Notes under the pieces: model-generated | The model's input: the letters and a program-made list of their open reading frames with translations, nothing else | Told to the model about the DNA's origin: nothing | Databases searched by the model: none | Source of the DNA: Patescibacteria group bacterium | GTDB taxonomy: Bacteria > Patescibacteriota > Patescibacteriia > UM-FILTER-42-10 | Reading direction: 5' to 3' | NCBI GenBank assembly: GCA_041664365.1 | Contig: JBAYKW010000002.1 | Location: 85,961 to 149,960 of the forward strand | DNA: 64,000 nucleotides | In this document: positions 8,518 to 18,711 of the stretch, one piece after another | Position numbering within the stretch: position 1 is the stretch's first letter | Layout of the letters: each line of letters starts with the position of its first letter | Translations under genes and position numbers: made by a program

Positions 8518-9225
8518 GTGGAAGAAGAACTAAGTCCGAGCGCGATTATACCGACGCCGGCACCAAAAAAGAAAAGATGGTTTAAGAGGTGGTGGGGAAT
8601 TACAATAATTGTATTTATTTTACTGACAATCGTATTTGCTGCGGTGTTAATATTCCAGATATATGCATTAATTAACAATCCTGAAAATGAAGTAAGTGAT
8701 TTAAAGGTTTATGATGTCAGCGCTGATAATGACCCGTATTTAGGTTCGCCGGATGCAAAAGTTAAAATTATCGCTTTTGAGGATTTTGAATGCCCATTCT
8801 GCGGTGAAGCATTCTCCATAATCAGAGAACTGACATCAACTTATGGTGATCAGATCCAATTTGTTTTTCGTGACTTTCCTATTGTCGAAAACCATCCGAA
8901 TGCGCCGAAAGCACATGAAGCGGCTGAATGCGCGAACGCACAAGGTAAATTCTGGCAGATGCATGATAAGCTGTATCAGAATCAGGAAAATCTATCCGTC
9001 GCTGATTTAAAACAATTTGCCATAGGAATCGGACTTGATGCAAAGTCATTTGATACATGTTTAGACAGCGGCCGTTTTGCAGCTGAAATAGAAAAAGACA
9101 GAACCGACGGTATCGCGGTTGACGTCAGGGGTACTCCAACCTGGTTTTTAAACGGTTATCGTATCGAAGGTGTAGTTCCGCTGGAAGACTTTAAGGCGTT
9201 AATAGATCTGTTACTAGCTAATTAA
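8518..9225 (+). CDS. DsbA-family thiol:disulfide oxidoreductase with an N-terminal TM anchor.
   Basis: TM helix, then FEDFECPFCGEAF (thioredoxin-fold CPxC active site) and the DsbA-like helical insertion. The cis-Pro region GTPTWFLNG is present. Confidence 0.75.
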   Translation: MEEELSPSAIIPTPAPKKKRWFKRWWGITIIVFILLTIVFAAVLIFQIYALINNPENEVSDLKVYDVSADNDPYLGSPDAKVKIIAFEDFECPFCGEAFSIIRELTSTYGDQIQFVFRDFPIVENHPNAPKAHEAAECANAQGKFWQMHDKLYQNQENLSVADLKQFAIGIGLDAKSFDTCLDSGRFAAEIEKDRTDGIAVDVRGTPTWFLNGYRIEGVVPLEDFKALIDLLLAN

Positions 9226-9341
9226 TCGGTTTAGTCCAATGATGTGATAAATTATCGGCTTTTTGTTTGGGGGTAATTTTTATTTGCCTCTGGTTTGTAA
9301 TCTGTTTCTGCTTAATTCATTAAAATTCCAATTACAAAATT

Positions 9342-9998
9342 ATGATTCAACTCAGCGAGCATTCTTTTAAAAAATTAATTATTGCGATGGCTGTTTACCT
9401 GACATCGCTATTTGCAGCAAATACACTCGGACTGAAAATAATGCCTTTTATTTTCGGTTCGCATCTCTCCGCGGCTGTTTTTTCTTTCCCGATCGTATTT
9501 TTGACCACGGATGTTATCGGAGAAATTTACGGCAAACGTGTTGCAAAGTTATTTGTACTGGCGGGTTTTGTCAGTACGGCAATATTTATTGGCTTTTCAT
9601 TTTTATCACTGGCTGTACCCTGGTCTCCGGATGGTGAGTGGGCAAAAGCGGGCTATAATCAGATTTTCGGGATTTCGATCCGAATAGCCATCGCTTCACT
9701 CGCCGCTTTCTTAATCGCGGAATATCAGGATGTGCTGTCGTTCTTTTTCTTCCGTGATAAACTGAAAATTAAATTATTTTGGTTGCGTTCTATATTATCT
9801 AATCTTTGGTCACAACTGCTGGATTCGGTAATATTCATGGTGATTGCATTCGCAGGTATTTATTCTACCGGCACACTGATCAGCATTATTATTTCCTGGT
9901 GGTTGTACAAAGTTGTTATGGGTATCCTTTATACGCCGCTTTCGTATATTGGCTTACATTTATTGCGTGAGCGAAAAGAAGAGCAATCAGTTAAATAA
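9342..9998 (+). CDS. Polytopic membrane protein. Resembles the YhhQ/DUF165 (VUT) queuosine-precursor transporter family.
   Basis: About 6 TM helices. FPIVFLTTDVIGEIYGKRVAKL matches the conserved DUF165 motif (FP..F...DvltEvYG). Confidence 0.45.
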   Translation: MIQLSEHSFKKLIIAMAVYLTSLFAANTLGLKIMPFIFGSHLSAAVFSFPIVFLTTDVIGEIYGKRVAKLFVLAGFVSTAIFIGFSFLSLAVPWSPDGEWAKAGYNQIFGISIRIAIASLAAFLIAEYQDVLSFFFFRDKLKIKLFWLRSILSNLWSQLLDSVIFMVIAFAGIYSTGTLISIIISWWLYKVVMGILYTPLSYIGLHLLRERKEEQSVK

Positions 9999-10012
9999 TT
10001 TTATACATAATT

Positions 10013-10384
10013 ATGAAAAAAAGTGTAGCGATTATTGGTGCGTCACAAGACCGGTCAAAATATGGCAACAAGGCGGTCCGGGCATATCTCAATCAAGGAT
10101 GGAAAGTTTTTCCAGTCAACCCGACCGAAAAAATGATTGAGGGATTAAAGGTTTATGGCTCAATATTGGAGATTAAAAAAAATATTGATCGTGTAAGCAT
10201 TTATCTGCCCCCGTTTATTGGTATGGGAATTATTGAGGACGTTGCTAAAAAAGAACCTAAGGAAGTATTTTTTAATCCCGGGTCTGAAAGTGATGAGTTG
10301 ATTATCAAAGCAAAAAAACTGGGAATTGACCCGTTATTAGCCTGTAGTATCGTTGATATTGATGTGCAGCCGGATACGCTCTGA
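10013..10384 (+). CDS. CoA-binding domain protein, YccU/YneT-like.
   Basis: SVAIIGASQDRSKYGNKAVRAYLNQGWKVFPVNP is the hallmark N-terminus of the small CoA-binding Rossmann proteins (PF13380). Confidence 0.65.
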   Translation: MKKSVAIIGASQDRSKYGNKAVRAYLNQGWKVFPVNPTEKMIEGLKVYGSILEIKKNIDRVSIYLPPFIGMGIIEDVAKKEPKEVFFNPGSESDELIIKAKKLGIDPLLACSIVDIDVQPDTL

Positions 10385-10461
10385 GGCGATATTTACAACT
10401 TTATTCAATTCATTTATACTATTAACACTATATAATTAATTACTAGAAGGGAATTAAATAA

Positions 10462-11223
10462 ATGAGTGAGCAAGAAACAAAAGGATTTTTTGGCAACATG
10501 TCTCCAAAGGCAAGTTTTGTTTTTGGTTTGACGGTTGGTGTCGCGATTATCAGCATTGTCGGTTTTATAACAGTATTAACAATGTCCGGCGATGGAGACA
10601 AAGTAGCAACCAATAAGAATACAAACACAAATACCAATACTGCAGTAGCAAATACAAATACAGCGGCAGCTGCAGCGCCGGTTGATATTAAGTTGACTGC
10701 AATAACAGATACCGACCACATTCGTGGTGATAAAAATGCGTCAGTTACTTTAGTGGAATTTTCAGATTTTGAATGTCCTTATTGTTCAAGAGTAGCTCCG
10801 ACTTTGGATGCGCTACTTGATAAGTATGAAGGTGATATCCGACTGGTCTACAAACATTTTCCGTTAACTTCAATCCATCCGCAGGCAGTACCGGCGGCAG
10901 AAGCAGCAGAATGTGCAAATGACCAGGGTAAGTTCTGGGAATACCACGATGCACTTTACGCAGATCAGTCAAAGTTAGCTGAAGGATATTATTCGGAACT
11001 GGCAGTGACACTGGGATTAAATAAAGCTCAATTTGATGAATGTTTTGATTCACGAAAATATCAAGACAAGGTTACTGCGCAATCTGTAGAAGCACAGGCA
11101 GCCGGCGGAAAGGGTACGCCTTATACGGTCATGATTGACGCTGATGGAAATACAACACCTTTGAGTGGTGCCATACCTCAGGCAAATTTTGAAGCTGCCA
11201 TTGATCAGGCGTTGGCTAACTAA
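10462..11223 (+). CDS. DsbA-family thiol:disulfide oxidoreductase (second paralog) with TM anchor and a low-complexity TNTNTNT linker.
   Basis: FSDFECPYCSRVAP is the CPYC active site. GTPYTVM is the cis-Pro loop. Architecture parallels 8518 and 12018. Confidence 0.75.
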   Translation: MSEQETKGFFGNMSPKASFVFGLTVGVAIISIVGFITVLTMSGDGDKVATNKNTNTNTNTAVANTNTAAAAAPVDIKLTAITDTDHIRGDKNASVTLVEFSDFECPYCSRVAPTLDALLDKYEGDIRLVYKHFPLTSIHPQAVPAAEAAECANDQGKFWEYHDALYADQSKLAEGYYSELAVTLGLNKAQFDECFDSRKYQDKVTAQSVEAQAAGGKGTPYTVMIDADGNTTPLSGAIPQANFEAAIDQALAN

Positions 11224-11247
11224 TCCTTGATCTAGAAATAGGCTGGT

Positions 11248-12021
11248 ATGATTCCATATTTTCAGGTTACCAGTATAGAAATCGGACCAATTACTTTGCA
11301 AGCATGGGGGACCATGCTTGCTTTGGCATTTGCCGTCGGGATATATTTTTCGGCTGGTGAACTGAAAAAAAGAGGTGGCGATCCGGAAAAGATTATTGAC
11401 GCAAGCTTTTGGGTAATCATCTCTGCAATCTTGGGCGCAAGATTCTTCTATGTTTTAGGAAATCTGGATTTATTCCGTGAAAATTGGCTCTCAGTTTTCA
11501 AATTATGGGAGGGTGGCGCGACGCTGATCGGCGGTGTATTCGGTGCTATATTAGCGTTTCTGATTTATACTAGAAAGAAGAAATTTAGTTTTTGGGAGCT
11601 AGCGGAACCGGTTGTATTTATTCTCCCGCTTAGCATCTTCATAGGCAGAATCGGGTGCTTTCTGATCCATGACCATATGGGAAAGATAACCAGCGTGCCC
11701 TGGGGTATGGAGTATGTGGATGGGACAATCCGGCACGAAACAACAATATACAATGCTCTGAGCATGTTGTTGCTTTTTATTCTGTTCTTAATTCTAAAAA
11801 AATATCCTTGGTCAAGAAAAGAAGGATTCTTTACTACGATACTTTTGTTTTGGTATGGGATTAGCAGATTTATAGCGGATTTTTTCCGCGCGGATGATCT
11901 GCCAATGTCAGATGCTCGTTGGTATGGATTAACACCTAATCAATACATAGCTATTGTCATGATTGCTGTTAGCCTGTATCTTTATAATCACTATCAAACC
12001 ATTAATTTAAAAAAAACATGA
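11248..12021 (+). CDS. lgt: Prolipoprotein diacylglyceryl transferase (Lgt)-like, divergent.
   Basis: N-terminus IGPITLQAWGTMLALAFAVG matches the Lgt start (GP...YG.M). GRIGCFLIHDHMG is a degenerate version of the Lgt signature GR.GNF.N.E..G. Seven predicted TM helices. Confidence 0.55.
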   Translation: MIPYFQVTSIEIGPITLQAWGTMLALAFAVGIYFSAGELKKRGGDPEKIIDASFWVIISAILGARFFYVLGNLDLFRENWLSVFKLWEGGATLIGGVFGAILAFLIYTRKKKFSFWELAEPVVFILPLSIFIGRIGCFLIHDHMGKITSVPWGMEYVDGTIRHETTIYNALSMLLLFILFLILKKYPWSRKEGFFTTILLFWYGISRFIADFFRADDLPMSDARWYGLTPNQYIAIVMIAVSLYLYNHYQTINLKKT

Positions 12022-12620
12022 AAAAAGGAACCAAGCTGACAGTGAGTATAATTGGTATAGCAGTTGTTGCAGTTATTGCTATACTCTGGTCACTACCAAA
12101 CGATAAAGTAGCATACAATAATGTGGAATCAGCCAGGCCGTTTCGTGGTAACGCCGATGCCAGAATAGTTATACAGGAATACTCTGATTTCCAGTGTCCT
12201 GCCTGTCAGTCCGGGGCAAAATATATGGATTCAGTATTAGCAAAATTTAGTGATCAAATACGGTTTGAATTTAAACATTTTCCCTTAACAACCATTCATG
12301 AGAATGCATTTAATTCGGCTCTTGCATCAGAGTGTGCTAATGACCAGGGAAAATTTTGGGAATTGCATGATATCATGTTTGACAACCAGAATAACCTGAA
12401 AAAAGATGATCTGAAAAATTATGCAAGTCAGATTGCAGGAATTGATGCGGCATCTTTTAGTGCCTGTCTCGATAATCGGGCAGAAAAGGATATCGTAAAT
12501 GCGGATATTAAAAACGGGAATAATCTTGGTGTTCAAGGAACGCCGACATTCTATATCAACGGTAAAGAGCTGGAAAACTACACTCTGCTGGAGCAGGAAA
12601 TTCAGAGAGAGATTTTATAG
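12018..12620 (+). CDS. DsbA-family thiol:disulfide oxidoreductase (third paralog).
   Basis: TM anchor, YSDFQCPACQSG CPAC active site, GTPTFYINGKEL cis-Pro loop. Start overlaps the lgt stop by 4 nt. Confidence 0.75.
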   Translation: MKKGTKLTVSIIGIAVVAVIAILWSLPNDKVAYNNVESARPFRGNADARIVIQEYSDFQCPACQSGAKYMDSVLAKFSDQIRFEFKHFPLTTIHENAFNSALASECANDQGKFWELHDIMFDNQNNLKKDDLKNYASQIAGIDAASFSACLDNRAEKDIVNADIKNGNNLGVQGTPTFYINGKELENYTLLEQEIQREIL

Positions 12621-12633
12621 GAGAATAAAAAAA

Positions 12634-12668
12634 CAAAAAAGTGAACTGTATGTTCACTTTTTTGTTTA
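12634..12668 (+). terminator. Rho-independent terminator after the dsbA-lgt-dsbA cluster.
   Basis: aaaaagtgaac-tgtatg-ttcacttttttgtttatgg: a 7-bp stem followed by a T-run. Confidence 0.6.
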
Positions 12669-12708
12669 TGGTAAAATGAGTGTGTATTTAATTCCTTAAT
12701 AAAACATT

Positions 12709-15700
12709 ATGTATATAAGCCAAAAACGCATACTTTTAGCCTTTTCCGCGCTATTATTCATAATATCCCTCATAACACCCGGTTCAGTTAATGCGGCATA
12801 TGGAGATACTACTACGTATGTCGGAAAGATATACGATGGTGACGGGGGTTCGGCGGTCAACGCCTACTTTGATTTTCCGGAAGATATTACTGTGGATTCA
12901 TCCGGTAATTTTTATATTGCCGATACGTATAACAACGTAATCAGAAAAATAAACACATCTAACATTGTATCAACAGTTGCCGGCACCGGATCTTATGGTG
13001 ACGTAATCGGTTCAAAATCAGTAGCCGAATTTGCTCTGCCACGCGGAGTAGCAGTGGATGGTTCCGGTAATGTCTATGTTGCTGACACGGGTAACAATAA
13101 AATAAAGAAAATTTCTGCCGGCGGATCGGTGACTACGCTGGTCAGTGCTGATCTAAGTAACCCTGAGGGCGTTTCTGTATACGGGAGTACACTTTATATT
13201 GCCGATACGGGAAATAATGCGCTGAAAAAAGTTTCAACATCCGGCGGTACAGTAACAACATTAACATCCGGATTAAGCAGTCCAAAAAAAATGGCGATCA
13301 ATTCATCCGGATCTGTCATTTATGTTGCAAGCAGCGGTGATTATAAAGTTGTCAGTGTCGGAGCGTCAAGCGGAACCATAACGACAATCGCCGGGTCAGG
13401 CACGCCAGGGTACAAGGAGGGTGTCGGATCTGACGCTCAGTTTGAAAATATTTGGGGTGTCGCGCTTGCTGATGATAACACGTTGTTTGTTTCGGATGGT
13501 GACGGGTATACGGATCTGATTAGAGAAATTAATCTGACAACAAAAACCACCTCGGCATTTGCCGAGGATACGAACATGGCTTCAATCAATTATCCTTCAG
13601 GGCTGGTTTCTTATGGAGATTATATTTATGTTTCAAATATGGGGATCGGTACGATTGAAAAATTCAATAATATTTCGGGTGATGCGGAAAGAGGAGCCAG
13701 TGTTACATTCGCTGGGAAAGAACGTTTTGGCAATAAAAACGGATCATCATCCGCCGCATTATTCGGCAGACCTTACGACATGGTTTTATCCGCTGACCGA
13801 AAATATATTTATGTGGCGGAGAATAATAAAATAAGGAAGATAACTGTGGCAACTGGCGCAGTCTCCCATGTAATCGGGAGTAGCGTTGATAATTACCGTG
13901 AGGGCACAGATAACAACCCGGCTGTCAGATTCAGCGCCATCCAGGGGATCACAATCAATTCCGATGGAACTGCATTATACGTGGCCGACCGGTGGAATAA
14001 CCGGATTAGGAAGGTTGATCTTACGGCTTCTCCTTTTGAGTCATCATTAATCTCAGGAGCCGGTTTAATCAATACGACCGGTACAGATGATAACGGATAT
14101 CAGGAAGGAACTAAATGTGTCGGGGAATATGAATTGGATGTTGACGGTTGCGCTTACTTCAAAAGCCCGTCGGGAATTGTTATTTCTCCGGACAATGCAT
14201 ATTTGTATGTTACAGACAGCGGGAACAACAGAATAAGAAAAGTCCGCATCTCGAACGGTCAGACCAGTTTAATCGCTGGATCCGGTGTGGAAGGATTTGC
14301 GGACGGCACCGGAGCGTCGGCGAAGTTTAACAGGCCATTCGGCATTACTATTGATTCAGACGGCAAGAACCTTTATGTTGCGGACACCAATAACCATCGC
14401 ATCAGAAAAATAGTAATTACAACCGGTGTGGTATCAACGGTGGCTGGATCCGGAAATGCCGGCTACGTGGATGCAATCGGAACAAAGGCAGTATTCTCTT
14501 ATCCGGAATATGTGAAATGGGCTCCGGACGGCAATCTATATGTAACAGAGGTTGGCTCGCATCGCATACGGGTTATCAATACAAGCACGGGAGTAACAAA
14601 GCTGGTCGCGGGATCAGGCAATAGAGGTTTTAAAAATGGCGACAAGAGCCTGGCTGAGTTTAATAATCTTAAAGGGGTGGCGGTTGATCTGATCGGCAAA
14701 CGTCTATATGTGGCTGATTCATGGAATGATCTGATTCGTTCTGTTGATATAACAGGAGATGCGCCATTCACAAATCCCGCACCACAAATCTCCGCGTCTT
14801 ACCCGGATGTTCAGGAAATAGCTGGAAGCACGTCCGAAACCAAAATGATTCTTGTTTCTGGCAGTAATTTCCGCCATGGAGCGACGGTTGCTTTTGGCGA
14901 ACATAATGCCAACGCGGCGTATATCCAATCCAGCGGAAAAATAGCGGTTGAAATTCCTTTTGGCAATATGGCAGGGGGGTATTATGACATTAGTGTAACA
15001 AATACAGACGGACAGGTAGGGATTCTGGAGCGGGGATTTGCCATATCAGTGGGAGGGGAAATACCGAAAATCGAGCATACAATTGACGGACCGGTTCCAT
15101 TTACCGGTGACCGGCCGGTTGTAGCTGGTGGAGGATTTTTTACCCATGATGAAGCGTATCGGGGCGGTTTCTTTTCCGCATCAGCTGATTTGAGCGGTGA
15201 TAGCAGAGCGGAAATTGTTGTTGGTGCGGGGGAGGGTTTTGGACCACAAGTGAAAATATTTGACGCTGATGGAAATCTTCTGGCATCTTTCTTCGCGTAT
15301 GCTACTCATCTGCGTTCCGGTGTCAGGGTGGCGATCGGGGATGTTGACGGCAATGGTACAAAAGAAATTATCACAGCCCCGGGACCAGGCGGGAGACCGC
15401 ATATTAGAATTTTTAATTCTGATGGTACTTTATATGACACTGGGTTCTTTGCTCTGGACGGGTTGTTTAAGGGTGGTGCATTTATTGCCGGAGGGGACGT
15501 CAACGGAGATGGTAAAGATGAGATTGTAGTTACGGCCGGTCCGGGCGGTGGAGCACAAGTAACAGTGCATAATGCAAAAGGTACAATTCTGGCAAATTTC
15601 TTTGCCTATGACAAAAATACGTTCAGATACGGGATAATGCCCATTACCCTGGATTTCGATAATGATGGCCGCTTCGAGATTCTTACCGGGCCGGTTACAG

Positions 15701-16056
15701 GCGCACCGCATATTCAAATGTTTAGCATCCAGCCTAATCTGGTAAAAAAATTAAATCCGGGGTTCTACGCCTTTAGTCCGAATTATCGAGGTGGTGTTTC
15801 ACTGACCGGCGGTGATGTTGACGGAGACGGCAAGGACGAGATTATCGTAGGTGTGGGTTCCGGCGCTGTACCGATTGTCCGTGTATTCAATAAAACTGCA
15901 ACCGAAATACTGAAGGAATTTCTGGTCTATAGTGAGAGTTTCCAAAGTGGTGTTAATATCAGTTCCGGTGATACGGATGCCGACGGACGGGATGAACTGC
16001 TTGTTTTACCCCGGGATGACGGCGGACCTAACTTAAGAATAATTGACGCGGATTAA
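12709..16056 (+). CDS. Large secreted protein with an NHL-repeat beta-propeller, an IPT/TIG-like Ig domain and C-terminal FG-GAP repeats.
   Basis: Signal peptide ending VNA. Repeated G..YVADTGNN.I.KI units are NHL repeats. ISASYPDVQEIAGS..ILVSGSNFRHGATVAFGE is IPT/TIG-like. Repeated GDVDGDGKDEIIV / GDVNGDGKDEIVV units are FG-GAP/VCBS-like calcium-binding repeats. Confidence 0.7.
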   Translation: MYISQKRILLAFSALLFIISLITPGSVNAAYGDTTTYVGKIYDGDGGSAVNAYFDFPEDITVDSSGNFYIADTYNNVIRKINTSNIVSTVAGTGSYGDVIGSKSVAEFALPRGVAVDGSGNVYVADTGNNKIKKISAGGSVTTLVSADLSNPEGVSVYGSTLYIADTGNNALKKVSTSGGTVTTLTSGLSSPKKMAINSSGSVIYVASSGDYKVVSVGASSGTITTIAGSGTPGYKEGVGSDAQFENIWGVALADDNTLFVSDGDGYTDLIREINLTTKTTSAFAEDTNMASINYPSGLVSYGDYIYVSNMGIGTIEKFNNISGDAERGASVTFAGKERFGNKNGSSSAALFGRPYDMVLSADRKYIYVAENNKIRKITVATGAVSHVIGSSVDNYREGTDNNPAVRFSAIQGITINSDGTALYVADRWNNRIRKVDLTASPFESSLISGAGLINTTGTDDNGYQEGTKCVGEYELDVDGCAYFKSPSGIVISPDNAYLYVTDSGNNRIRKVRISNGQTSLIAGSGVEGFADGTGASAKFNRPFGITIDSDGKNLYVADTNNHRIRKIVITTGVVSTVAGSGNAGYVDAIGTKAVFSYPEYVKWAPDGNLYVTEVGSHRIRVINTSTGVTKLVAGSGNRGFKNGDKSLAEFNNLKGVAVDLIGKRLYVADSWNDLIRSVDITGDAPFTNPAPQISASYPDVQEIAGSTSETKMILVSGSNFRHGATVAFGEHNANAAYIQSSGKIAVEIPFGNMAGGYYDISVTNTDGQVGILERGFAISVGGEIPKIEHTIDGPVPFTGDRPVVAGGGFFTHDEAYRGGFFSASADLSGDSRAEIVVGAGEGFGPQVKIFDADGNLLASFFAYATHLRSGVRVAIGDVDGNGTKEIITAPGPGGRPHIRIFNSDGTLYDTGFFALDGLFKGGAFIAGGDVNGDGKDEIVVTAGPGGGAQVTVHNAKGTILANFFAYDKNTFRYGIMPITLDFDNDGRFEILTGPVTGAPHIQMFSIQPNLVKKLNPGFYAFSPNYRGGVSLTGGDVDGDGKDEIIVGVGSGAVPIVRVFNKTATEILKEFLVYSESFQSGVNISSGDTDADGRDELLVLPRDDGGPNLRIIDAD

Positions 16057-16110
16057 GAATATAAAAAAAGGTGCGGTTAACAGATCGCATCTTTTTTGAT
16101 TCTAGATGAA

Positions 16111-16983
16111 TTATTTTGGTAACATAAACCGTACCACGCCAGGTATGGTTTTAATAGTCATGTTTTTAAGAGTGCTTTGTTCCGAATCCAGTCTGGTAGA
16201 AGAATTTTTTGTGATCAGTGATAGTGATTTGGTTTCATAAAACTGAGAACCTTTTGGCGCAAGTTTTCCCTGTATAAATATTGATGTAAAAAGTTGGGCA
16301 ATCTCTTTAGCACCGATTGCATCTACTATTAAAACATATAGTTTGGAAGAAAATAAATTCATATTAGAAAATGTTCCACGCGAAATTTTGGGCATGCCGT
16401 TAAAGACAAAAACAGAACTCGCTTTCCCCTGGATAGTTTTTTTATTATCCAATGTTATCTGATATTCATGTTGAATGATATTCGCCAGATCGAGCGGCAG
16501 TCTTAAGTAGTATGCGGCTGCACCGATAATTTTTTTACTCCAGCGCGGAGTTTTTTCCATGATTTGCGCATGCACCCCGGTAGTAACGCTGATCATGAAA
16601 AGGTGTTTATCATTTACGATTCCGAGTGGGATTCTTTTCGGTTTTCCATGAAGCGCAGTTTTGATTGCTTTATTGATAGTAATCGGGATACCAACGGTCA
16701 GTGCAAATATATTGCCCGATCCGGTTGGGATTACGGCAATTGGAATATCAATTTTTTTATTATATAAATATTGAGTGACAAAATGCAGGGTCCCGTCGCC
16801 ACCCAAAACGATCACCTTGTCCAGCGGGCTTTTTAATATCTTGCCGGGCACCTGTTCGATTGTTTCATAAATCTGATAAAAAACAGCTTCTTTTTTCAGA
16901 CGGTTAAGCAGACTAATTTTAGCTAGCATAAATAATGCTTCTACTCCGGCGTTTGGATTGGCAAGTATGAGTACGTTCTTCAT
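16111..16983 (-). CDS. Diacylglycerol/lipid kinase, catalytic-domain family (YegS/BmrU-like).
   Basis: NVLILANPNAGV and VIVLGGDGTLHFV are DAGK_cat signature motifs. Confidence 0.65.
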   Translation of the reverse strand: MKNVLILANPNAGVEALFMLAKISLLNRLKKEAVFYQIYETIEQVPGKILKSPLDKVIVLGGDGTLHFVTQYLYNKKIDIPIAVIPTGSGNIFALTVGIPITINKAIKTALHGKPKRIPLGIVNDKHLFMISVTTGVHAQIMEKTPRWSKKIIGAAAYYLRLPLDLANIIQHEYQITLDNKKTIQGKASSVFVFNGMPKISRGTFSNMNLFSSKLYVLIVDAIGAKEIAQLFTSIFIQGKLAPKGSQFYETKSLSLITKNSSTRLDSEQSTLKNMTIKTIPGVVRFMLPK

Positions 16984-17220
16984 GGATATATTGTATCACT
17001 TTGTTTTAAAAACAAAAAACGTCAAAAAATTGGGGTCTAGCTACAGCTTTAATTATTACCAAAATAACTATGTAAAACTCTCTTATTAAATTAGGCGATA
17101 GGGAATATAGGGTAAAGTGAAATAATAATTATTCTGAATCTATTTTTTTCTTTTTCATCTCTGTAAAACATAAAAAGCGTTCCTTTCCGAGGACGCCCCT
17201 TTTAAGTTTATTCAATTAAC

Positions 17221-17298
17221 TGGCGGGCTCGACCGGATTCGAACCGGCGATCTTCTCCGTGACAGGGAGACGTGTTAGGCCATCTACACCACGAGCCC
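17221..17298 (-). tRNA. tRNA-Asp (anticodon GUC) with encoded CCA.
   Basis: Reverse complement GGGCTCGTGGTGTAGATGGCCTAACACGTCTCCCTGTCACGGAGAAGATCGCCGGTTCGAATCCGGTCGAGCCCGCCA folds as a cloverleaf. The 7-bp acceptor stem is GGGCTCG/CGAGCCC. Anticodon stem TCTCC/GGAGA with loop CTGTCAC. T-loop is TTCGAAT. Confidence 0.85.
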
Positions 17299-17313
17299 AG
17301 GGTAAAAAAATTG

Positions 17314-17892
17314 CTAGTAGACTAGCGCCCCTAATACTACAACAACAAATAAAATTTGTAAACCTAGGGCGAATTTGGGGGAAATATCGCCTTTTTTGAA
17401 ATACCTGGTCAGGAGTGTATGCAACCAAATATGAAAACGCTCAAACTTATTTAACCATTTCCATCTGACAAAATAATTAATGCTGCTAATAATATCAAAA
17501 ATTACCGCTCCCAGTATTCCCCAGAATAGCAATCCCAGATCCATTTTTTTTGAAAATATTAAAACAGCAAGCACGGAAAGTGAACAAGTGGCATCGATGA
17601 AAGCAAATAGGAAGAATTCTCTTTTTTTATCAATTTTGGCATGAAGCGGTTCTTCCATATCATTACCCATCAGAATATTGTCTCCGTGTGGCAGGATATC
17701 TATTATAATGTGAGAAATAAGAGATACACTAAAAATGGCCGGGACTGAAGGTATGTTCTGGCTAATAACGGCACCGGTAATTACATGAGTTGTGAACCAC
17801 ATACGAAAGACTATAACACAAAAAAGTGCAGTAGTTAAGTAAATGCACTTGCCAAAATCAACATAATGTGATATACTAACGAAGTAAAACAA
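17314..17892 (-). CDS. Polytopic membrane protein, possibly a second YdjM/DUF457-like metal-dependent hydrolase.
   Basis: Six TM helices. THVITGAVIS and ISHIIIDILPHGD are His/Asp motifs that echo the 7916 ORF. Confidence 0.35.
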   Translation of the reverse strand: MFYFVSISHYVDFGKCIYLTTALFCVIVFRMWFTTHVITGAVISQNIPSVPAIFSVSLISHIIIDILPHGDNILMGNDMEEPLHAKIDKKREFFLFAFIDATCSLSVLAVLIFSKKMDLGLLFWGILGAVIFDIISSINYFVRWKWLNKFERFHIWLHTLLTRYFKKGDISPKFALGLQILFVVVVLGALVY

Positions 17893-18012
17893 AAATAAAC
17901 ATAAGTTAAATATGAATCCATGATTCTATTTTTATTAAATAAGATAGAAATCGAAAAATGCCCTCTCTTTTTGAGTTAGGGTATTTATTTTTAAATTATT
18001 TCAAAAAACAAT

Positions 18013-18342
18013 ATGAATAATAATACAAATCAGCAGACCGGGGAAAATTTAGAGGAAGAAGCGCGCGCGCTTGGGAAAAAGATAGTGCTTTTATTACAAT
18101 CATCCGATCTACCGGAAGATGTACAGATTTCAATAATTCAGCTGATACCAGATATGACTTTGGAACAAATAGACGAATTGGTTAGTTTATTGACCGAAAA
18201 TGTAGCGCGTGGTGGTGATATAGATAAAGAACTGGCAATGAAGCTCAGTGAGGTTAAAGAAAAATATGATTCTAAACGGGATGATTTGTCCGGTTCTATT
18301 ATGAAAGATCTTGATAATATTGAAAAAGAAATTGACCAATAA
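18013..18342 (+). CDS. Small acidic, predicted all-helical protein of unknown function.
   Basis: 109 aa. No TM helix or signal peptide. Rich in E/D/K/L (heptad-like). Confidence 0.5.
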   Translation: MNNNTNQQTGENLEEEARALGKKIVLLLQSSDLPEDVQISIIQLIPDMTLEQIDELVSLLTENVARGGDIDKELAMKLSEVKEKYDSKRDDLSGSIMKDLDNIEKEIDQ

Positions 18343-18353
18343 CTATTAATAAA

Positions 18354-18701
18354 ATGCAAGCAACTCCTGATTCAAAATTACTTGTTAAGGCGGCGGAAAT
18401 GATTAAAAGTGCTCCGCTGGACGCTGATTTGAAATTGATGCTAATAGAAATGATATTACGTATTGATGATGATAAACTGAAAGAGGTTTTGGCACAGATC
18501 GAACAATATACAGAAGGTAGTAATGAAGACACTCAAAAGCTACGTGCGGTCTTATTTGACATAAAGAAAAATTATGCAGCAAAAATGCAGGAACTAGAAG
18601 TTAAAACAGAACAAGAGCTTCAGACGCTAGAGGCTGAAATAGGAAATGAAGAAGGTGCTGAAAAGATTAAACAAATTCAAAAAAAGATACAAGACATTTA
18701 A
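18354..18701 (+). CDS. Small acidic, helical protein; apparent paralog of the 18013 ORF.
   Basis: 115 aa with similar composition. LIEMILRIDDDKLKEVL and QIEQY loosely parallel IIQLIPDMTLEQIDELV in the upstream ORF. Lies immediately upstream of the giant acidic ORF. Confidence 0.5.
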   Translation: MQATPDSKLLVKAAEMIKSAPLDADLKLMLIEMILRIDDDKLKEVLAQIEQYTEGSNEDTQKLRAVLFDIKKNYAAKMQELEVKTEQELQTLEAEIGNEEGAEKIKQIQKKIQDI

Positions 18702-18711
18702 TTATAAAAAT

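Noticed and set aside
9226-9341. preQ1 riboswitch upstream of the YhhQ-like transporter.
   Set aside because: No compact hairpin plus A-rich tail matching the preQ1-I/II consensus was recognisable.
12499-12699. 66-aa ORF spanning the dsbA 3' end and terminator.
   Set aside because: It overlaps the terminator hairpin and the DsbA C-terminus, and has basic low-complexity composition.
17216-17428. 70-aa minus-strand ORF overlapping the tRNA-Asp.
   Set aside because: It overlaps a well-formed tRNA and is spurious.
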